Of a stretch of DNA of 10,599 nt, positions 6,153 through 10,599 are shown piece after piece. The position numbers and the translations under genes were made by a program. Source of the DNA: Chthoniobacteraceae bacterium (lineage in GTDB: Bacteria; Verrucomicrobiota; Verrucomicrobiia; Chthoniobacterales; Chthoniobacteraceae). Position 1 is the stretch's first letter. Each line of letters begins with the position of its first letter. The notes under the pieces were generated by a model. The model saw only the letters and a program-made list of their open reading frames with translations, searched no databases and was not told the origin of the DNA. The DNA lies in contig JANNWY010000247.1 in assembly GCA_031409335.1 (NCBI GenBank), positions 1-10,599 on the forward strand, read 5' to 3'.

Positions 6153-7694
6153 TCACTCGGCCTTCTGCTTGCCTTGGCCCTTTCCTTTTTTCTTCGGAGC
6201 GCCACCGGCTGCGGTTCCGTCGTTCTTGGTCGGCATCGGAGCGTTCACTTCCTTGCGCCAGGCGACGAGGCGGGCGTGGAGTTCCTTCGCCTTGTCCGGC
6301 AGGTCCGAAGCGAGGTTCTTCGTTTCGCCGATGTCCTCGCGGAGATTGTAGAGCTCGAGCTTTCCGTCTTCGAGAAACTCCATGAGTTTCCAGTCGCCCG
6401 CTTGAATCACGCTGACCGGTGTGGTGCGCCAGAGGCCGGGACCGGAACCGAGGTATCCGGGGAAGTGCTGGAAAATAGCGTCGCGCTGGAGCTTCGCTGC
6501 CGGGTCGCGGAGAAGTTTCACAATGCTCTCGCCGTCGAGCACCTGGCGCGGTTTGGGCGCGGAGGCGAGTTCGAGAAAGGTCGGGAATACATCCACGTGA
6601 GCGGTAGGCACGTCGCTCGTGGAGCCGGGCTTCGTCACGCCCGGCCAGCGGACGATGAACGGCTCACGGGTGCCACCTTCGTAGAGGCTGCCTTTGCCGC
6701 TGCGCAGCGGGGTGTTGTCGGTGATGTCCCCGCCGTCTTCATCGTCGGCTGTTTTCCTCTTGGCCTTGCTCTCCTTGCCCGGCTCGCGGATGAGGCCGTC
6801 GGGACGGTCGTAACCGCCCACGCCGCCGTTGTCGCTGGTGAAGATGAGCACGGTGTTGTCGGCGAGTTTCAAATCATCGAGCGTCTTCATCACTCGGCCC
6901 ACACTGTCGTCCACGCTGGCGATCATCGCGGCGTAGGTCGGATTATTGTGACCGCCGACGCCAGGCTTCGGTTTGAACTTCGCGACAAGATCGGCCTTCG
7001 CTTGATGCGGCGAATGCACCCCGAAATGCGGGAGGTAGAGGAAGAACGGTTCGTCCTTGTGGCGTGTGATGAAGTCCACCGCCTTGTCGGTGAGAAAGTC
7101 GGCGAGGTATTGGCCCTTTGGATAATCGGTCTTTGGATTCGTGGCGAAATTGAAGTGGACGCCCGCGCTCACGATCGCTTCGTCGAAGCCGCGCTTGCCC
7201 GGCGCAAACTCGCCGCGTTCGCCAATGTGCCATTTGCCAAACATTCCCGTCGCGTAACCGCCGGCCTTGAGCTGCTTCGCAATGATGTCGCGGTCGAGCG
7301 GGAGTTCGGTGACGTTGTCCACGGGCCGCAGCGGACGCGAACTCCAGTCAAACCGACCGATGCCACCGACGGTATAAAGGCCGGTGCGCGCGCCGTATTG
7401 CCCGCTCAACAAAGCCGCGCGAGTCGGCGTGCAATTTTGACAGTGGTGATGGCTCAGGAGCTTCATGCCCTGCGCCGCGAGCCGGTCAATATTCGGCGTC
7501 TCGTAGTATTTGCTGCCGTAGGTCGCGGTGTCCGTCCACCCGAGATCATCTGCCATGATGAAGATGATGTTCGGCTTGGCAGCAGCGTGAAACGTGGTCA
7601 GCGGTGCAAGCAGCAGAGCCGAGAAAAGCGTCACAGCCCGCCAGGAAAATTGCAATGAGACGCGGGCAATGTTGAGAGTAGAGAGGTGCTTCAT
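6153..7694 (-). CDS. Secreted arylsulfatase-like S1 sulfatase (canonical CxPxR)
   Basis: KPNIIFIMADDLGW, YETPNIDRLA, CTPTRAALLSGQY, GKWHIG, FTSDNGG, GKGSLYEGGTREP and ELYNLREDIGETKNLA. N-terminal signal peptide and Lys-rich tail. Confidence 0.95.
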   Translation of the reverse strand: MKHLSTLNIARVSLQFSWRAVTLFSALLLAPLTTFHAAAKPNIIFIMADDLGWTDTATYGSKYYETPNIDRLAAQGMKLLSHHHCQNCTPTRAALLSGQYGARTGLYTVGGIGRFDWSSRPLRPVDNVTELPLDRDIIAKQLKAGGYATGMFGKWHIGERGEFAPGKRGFDEAIVSAGVHFNFATNPKTDYPKGQYLADFLTDKAVDFITRHKDEPFFLYLPHFGVHSPHQAKADLVAKFKPKPGVGGHNNPTYAAMIASVDDSVGRVMKTLDDLKLADNTVLIFTSDNGGVGGYDRPDGLIREPGKESKAKRKTADDEDGGDITDNTPLRSGKGSLYEGGTREPFIVRWPGVTKPGSTSDVPTAHVDVFPTFLELASAPKPRQVLDGESIVKLLRDPAAKLQRDAIFQHFPGYLGSGPGLWRTTPVSVIQAGDWKLMEFLEDGKLELYNLREDIGETKNLASDLPDKAKELHARLVAWRKEVNAPMPTKNDGTAAGGAPKKKGKGQGKQKAE

Positions 7695-7853
7695 GGATTA
7701 GAGAATACTGAAGGCGTCGGAGGTTGAGCGAGTTTTCCCTCACGCGAAATCAGCCGTCAGCACCGCGAAGCGTTTCCTTGCCTTGTCCGGCTCAAGCGTA
7801 ACGACACCCGTCTTCCTACAGCGCGCGTTTCCAATTGCTCTCAAACCCGTGAA

Positions 7854-7882
7854 TTGACGCACCGCAGGACTTCAGGCATGTT
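7854..7882 (+). promoter_or_regulatory. Putative sigma70 promoter of the toxin-antitoxin pair
   Basis: TTGACG (7854-7859), 17-nt spacer, CATGTT (7877-7882), directly upstream of the antitoxin ORF. Motif match only. Confidence 0.4.
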
Positions 7883-7897
7883 CCAACGGTTAGCACG

Positions 7898-8083
7898 TTG
7901 ATTGAAATCGAAAAGGCTATCGAGACGCTGCCTGCGGCGGAGATAGATCAGCTTGCCGTCTGGATCGCTCACCGCCATGCACAGCGGCGTTCGTGGCCGG
8001 TGCCACCGCCGCAGGTGGAGCGCAAGGAACTCGACCGAATTGAGGCGGAGATTGAGGCGGAGTTTCCGACCCTTTCCCGATAA
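7898..8083 (+). CDS. Putative antitoxin (VapB-like small protein)
   Basis: About 61-aa acidic helical protein (IEIEKAIETLPAAEIDQLAVWI) ending 3 nt before the PIN toxin gene. The start codon is uncertain (TTG 7898). Confidence 0.7.
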   Translation: MIEIEKAIETLPAAEIDQLAVWIAHRHAQRRSWPVPPPQVERKELDRIEAEIEAEFPTLSR

Positions 8084-8086
8084 CCA

Positions 8087-8464
8087 ATGTTGCTCGATAC
8101 CAATGCGATTTCTGCCAGGGCGAAGGACGATCCTGCGCTGCTGCAGGCGTTGCGCCCGGATCGGACATGGTTTCTCCCGAGTATCGCTTTAGGGGAGTAT
8201 CGTTACGGGCTTTTGAAATCGACGATGAGGGTGGAGTTGGAGGCTTGGCTGGAATCGATCGAAACGGCGTGTGTGGTATTGGCGGCAGATGGTGGGACCG
8301 CGGTGCACTACGCTGCGCTGCGGCGCTCGCTCGACGAGGAGCGCAGGGAGATTCCTTACCATGATATTTGGATCGGTGCGCTCGCGCTTCAGCACAATCT
8401 GAGCGTGGTGAGCCGGGATGCGCACTTTGATAAGCTGCCCGGGGTGACGCGCATCGGCTGGTGA
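8087..8464 (+). CDS. vapC: Type II toxin-antitoxin VapC-family PIN-domain ribonuclease
   Basis: 125 aa with the four acidic PIN residues: MLLDTN, IALGE, PYHDIWIGALALQH and SRDAHF. Confidence 0.92.
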   Translation: MLLDTNAISARAKDDPALLQALRPDRTWFLPSIALGEYRYGLLKSTMRVELEAWLESIETACVVLAADGGTAVHYAALRRSLDEERREIPYHDIWIGALALQHNLSVVSRDAHFDKLPGVTRIGW

Positions 8465-8501
8465 TGAGCGCGGCAGGATATTATTGGCGATAAACCGACG
8501 A

Positions 8502-8535
8502 TAGCCGATTAACTCCTTTTCTTTGTAGTCGGTTA
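8502..8535. terminator. Possible stem-loop between the convergent vapC and beta-helix genes
   Basis: TAGCCGATTA (8502-8511) pairs with TAGTCGGTTA (8526-8535) over 10 bp, including two G-U pairs on the + transcript, with a 14-nt loop. No U-tract follows, so terminator function is uncertain. Confidence 0.3.
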
Positions 8536-8539
8536 ACCG

Positions 8540-10186
8540 TCAGTCGCACCCCAGAAACTTGATGTCCTGGGTCGTGGCTTCGTCAATGTCCGTGAATTGG
8601 CGCTTGTTCTCCTCCGTCACGCACACGCCGCCGATCTTCAGGTTTTTCACCGTGATGTTCTTCACGTAAAACGTGCCGCCACCCACCACGGCATTGGTCG
8701 CGCCGCTGATGCCACCCTTCGCAAACTGCCGGTCCACTGTCACGTTCTCCACCCGGATGTCGCCTACATCACCCAGCTTGGATTTGTCCGGCAGCGGCTT
8801 CCCCAGTAACTGCCCTTTCTCCGTGCGCGGATGCAGGTTGAACAGTCCCGGAACGCTGCCCTCGATCCGTATGTCACGCAGCACGGTGGTCGGACCGGTG
8901 GGATGGAAGTCAAAATTGTTCTGCCCCATCACGAGGCCGTTGTTGTTTTGCATGCTGACCCATTCGGGGTTGATGAGGTCGATGTTCTGCAACACCGAGC
9001 CGCCGAGTTTGTAGCTGCCCCAGCCGAAGGTCAGCACCGCGCCGTTGTGCCCCGGCCACAACACCATGTTCCGCACGTCGAGTTCGTAGTTGTAGAAGAA
9101 GTCGTCCGCGCAGCGCATGAAGCAGTTGCGAATCTTCGTCCGGCTGTTCGGGCGGAAGCCGTCGTTGTTCCAATGCCAGCCGAGGAATTTCAAATCCTCA
9201 TAAACGCAATCCTTTCCGCTGACCGCGCCGTGCAACGGCGATTCCATGATCAGGATACCCTGGAGTTGCGCACGGTCGCCCAGGCTGATGATGCTGCGCC
9301 GGTCCTTGATGCTTTTGTGCCAGATGTATTGCCGTCCGCTCAGGATGCCGCGCCCGTAAATTTTCTGATCGTTGCCGGCATAATGAATGTGCGCCTCCAG
9401 AAACGCCCCACCCGCGAGATACACCGACTGCCCGTCGCGGATGATGAGCTTGCCCTCGTCTTCAATGCTGCCGGGCTTTTGCACGCCCTTGAGATTGTAA
9501 TGACCCGGCGGGAAAAAGATCACCTTTGCGTCATTCAACACCTTCGCCTCCACCTGCGGACGGTAAACCACCACGCCCGGCGCGTTGGTGTCCGGCACGT
9601 CCGTCTCCTTGGGATCAACGAACACGCACAGCATGTGCTTGATCCAGCCATGGGAAACGGTGTGATTGTCCTCCGTGTCAAAGTCCACCGACACATAGCG
9701 GTTCGCATTCGTGATCTGGAATGACTCCCGGCCACCCTGTTTCACGTCGGGCAAAAGTCCGTAGCTGCGTGGCGCGAGGGTGATCTTGTCAGTGGCCGTG
9801 CCAAAAATCTTCTCCACCCGAAACGTCAAGGCCTTGCCGCGGGCCGGATCATAGCTCACTTGCGCGAATGAGAACGTGCGCCCCTTCAAATCCGCCGCTT
9901 CGCCGTCCACGTATTCGCCGCCCTCGTAAATTGCGTCGCTGCGCAGCGCGGTCAGTTCGCGCTCCTCGCCCGCGCCGAGCTTCACCCAGACGCGATAATG
10001 CTCGGACTTCATCGCCTCCCCTGGCGCGGTCGGCCACTCGTAACTGACCAATTGCGCATTCGCATGAATGCCCAAGCCCATCAGCAGCAAGGAAAGAAAA
10101 AGTCCCGACAGCCGCGACCGATGGCGACCACCAGGGCAAGCTGTCCACCGCTGCCCAATTCGAGAGGACTGGTTATTCGTTTTCAT
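8540..10186 (-). CDS. Secreted right-handed beta-helix glycoside hydrolase, GH49 (dextranase)/GH28-like
   Basis: Signal peptide (...LLLMGLGIHANA). Motifs IFFPPGHY, VYLAGGAFL, KIYGRGILSG, WHWNNDGF and FMRCADD. The NDG...DD acidic triad is typical of clan GH-N enzymes. C-terminal beta-helix repeats DIRVENVTV and NITVKNLKIGG. Confidence 0.8.
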   Translation of the reverse strand: MKTNNQSSRIGQRWTACPGGRHRSRLSGLFLSLLLMGLGIHANAQLVSYEWPTAPGEAMKSEHYRVWVKLGAGEERELTALRSDAIYEGGEYVDGEAADLKGRTFSFAQVSYDPARGKALTFRVEKIFGTATDKITLAPRSYGLLPDVKQGGRESFQITNANRYVSVDFDTEDNHTVSHGWIKHMLCVFVDPKETDVPDTNAPGVVVYRPQVEAKVLNDAKVIFFPPGHYNLKGVQKPGSIEDEGKLIIRDGQSVYLAGGAFLEAHIHYAGNDQKIYGRGILSGRQYIWHKSIKDRRSIISLGDRAQLQGILIMESPLHGAVSGKDCVYEDLKFLGWHWNNDGFRPNSRTKIRNCFMRCADDFFYNYELDVRNMVLWPGHNGAVLTFGWGSYKLGGSVLQNIDLINPEWVSMQNNNGLVMGQNNFDFHPTGPTTVLRDIRIEGSVPGLFNLHPRTEKGQLLGKPLPDKSKLGDVGDIRVENVTVDRQFAKGGISGATNAVVGGGTFYVKNITVKNLKIGGVCVTEENKRQFTDIDEATTQDIKFLGCD

Positions 10187-10216
10187 TTGTTTGTTATTGT
10201 CTGCGATGGCTTGGAT

Positions 10217-10366
10217 TCAGGGTGAAACATCAATGACGATGCGTCGGTAGTCGTAGAGCGGAACAATCGCGCTGGTGTCACGCACTTCGAGAATCAAATG
10301 CACCTGCCGGCCGGCAGCGTCCGGCGGAACAGTCCACGCCACGTGCGCCGTTTCCGCTCCCCGCAA
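10217..10366 (-). pseudogene. 3' remnant of a DUF1593/Sde182-type (nucleoside hydrolase-like) gene, C-terminal beta-sandwich only
   Basis: Minus frame reads LRGAETAHVAWTVPPDAAGRQVHLILEVRDTSAIVPLYDYRRIVIDVSP*, matching the VP-x-DA-x-G-x-x-IH-x-ILEV-x-D...YRR C-terminus I recognise for DUF1593 proteins. The upstream sequence does not resemble that family and there is no ATG. Confidence 0.7.
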
Positions 10367-10460
10367 TTTCTGTCTGTCTGCTAGGAAATTGCTTTCGCGC
10401 CCGCCGCACCGGGGACTGTCAGAACTCGGGCAGGCTTCGGGGAGTGAGGGGGTCTGCTCA

Positions 10461-10478
10461 GAATGGCATTAAGTTAAG
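10461..10478. repeat. IS terminal inverted repeat (IRR), 18 bp
   Basis: GAATGGCATTAAGTTAAG, exact reverse complement of 124-141. Confidence 0.9.
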
Positions 10479-10599
10479 CGTCCTTTTGGATAAGTATGCG
10501 TGGCCGGTTTCGATGGGGTGGAACACGCATCTCCGCTCTTGGCTTGGTTAGTAAGTGATAGTTCTTCGCGCGGCGCTTCTTTGCGCGCGGTTCGCTGCG
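10474..10599 (-). CDS. IS4-family transposase, C-terminal 41 aa (partial)
   Basis: RSEPRAKKRRAKNYHLLTKPRAEMRVPPHRNRPRILIQKDA*. The R-x-EPR-x-x-KRR-x-K-x-Y-x-LL-x-KPR tail is characteristic of IS4-subgroup transposases. Confidence 0.8.
   Translation of the reverse strand, partial: RSEPRAKKRRAKNYHLLTKPRAEMRVPPHRNRPRILIQKDA

Larger units (their letters stand above)
10461..10599 (-). mobile_element. IS4-family insertion sequence, right end (partial; runs off the window)
   Basis: Contains the transposase C-terminus, whose TAA stop (10474-10476) lies inside the terminal IR 10461-10478. Confidence 0.88.

Noticed and set aside
4753..7658. Plus-strand ORFs of 532 aa (4753..6351) and 511 aa (6123..7658)
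   Set aside because: They lie antisense to the two sulfatases, which have clear family motifs. Such shadows are common with strong GC3 bias.
7740..7820. Short minus-strand frame CRKTGVVTLEPDKARKRFAVLTADFA* upstream of the sulfatase operon, possibly another gene tail
   Set aside because: No recognisable family motif and too short to call.
8831..9724. 297-aa plus-strand ORF
   Set aside because: Antisense shadow of the beta-helix hydrolase.

Overview
GC-rich accessory segment, most likely from a Verrucomicrobiota/PVC bacterium (inferred from signal-peptide style and a C-terminal 'FYR' domain). It is bracketed by the two opposite ends of one IS4-family element in direct orientation. The left edge (1-141) holds the left IR and the transposase N-terminus. 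The right edge (10461-10599) holds the transposase C-terminus and the right IR. The two IRs form a perfect 18-bp inverted pair. The cargo is a set of secreted carbohydrate and sulfate-ester enzymes: a CBM4/9-GH30 hydrolase broken by one in-frame TAA, a minus-strand operon of two sulfatases plus an FAD-dependent oxidoreductase that appears C-terminally truncated, and a GH49/GH28-like beta-helix protein. There is also a vapBC-type toxin-antitoxin pair and two gene remnants the ORF track does not show as such (DUF5615 PIN-like and DUF1593/Sde182-like C-termini). The most notable signal is a GGGGTC motif. Both IS ends sit exactly 6 nt from a GGGGTC, a 20-bp direct repeat ends exactly at GGGGTC+6, and a GGGGTC-based palindromic mini-element lies at a junction where both neighbouring genes are truncated. 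This suggests a REP-like repeat family that is targeted by the IS and drives local rearrangement.
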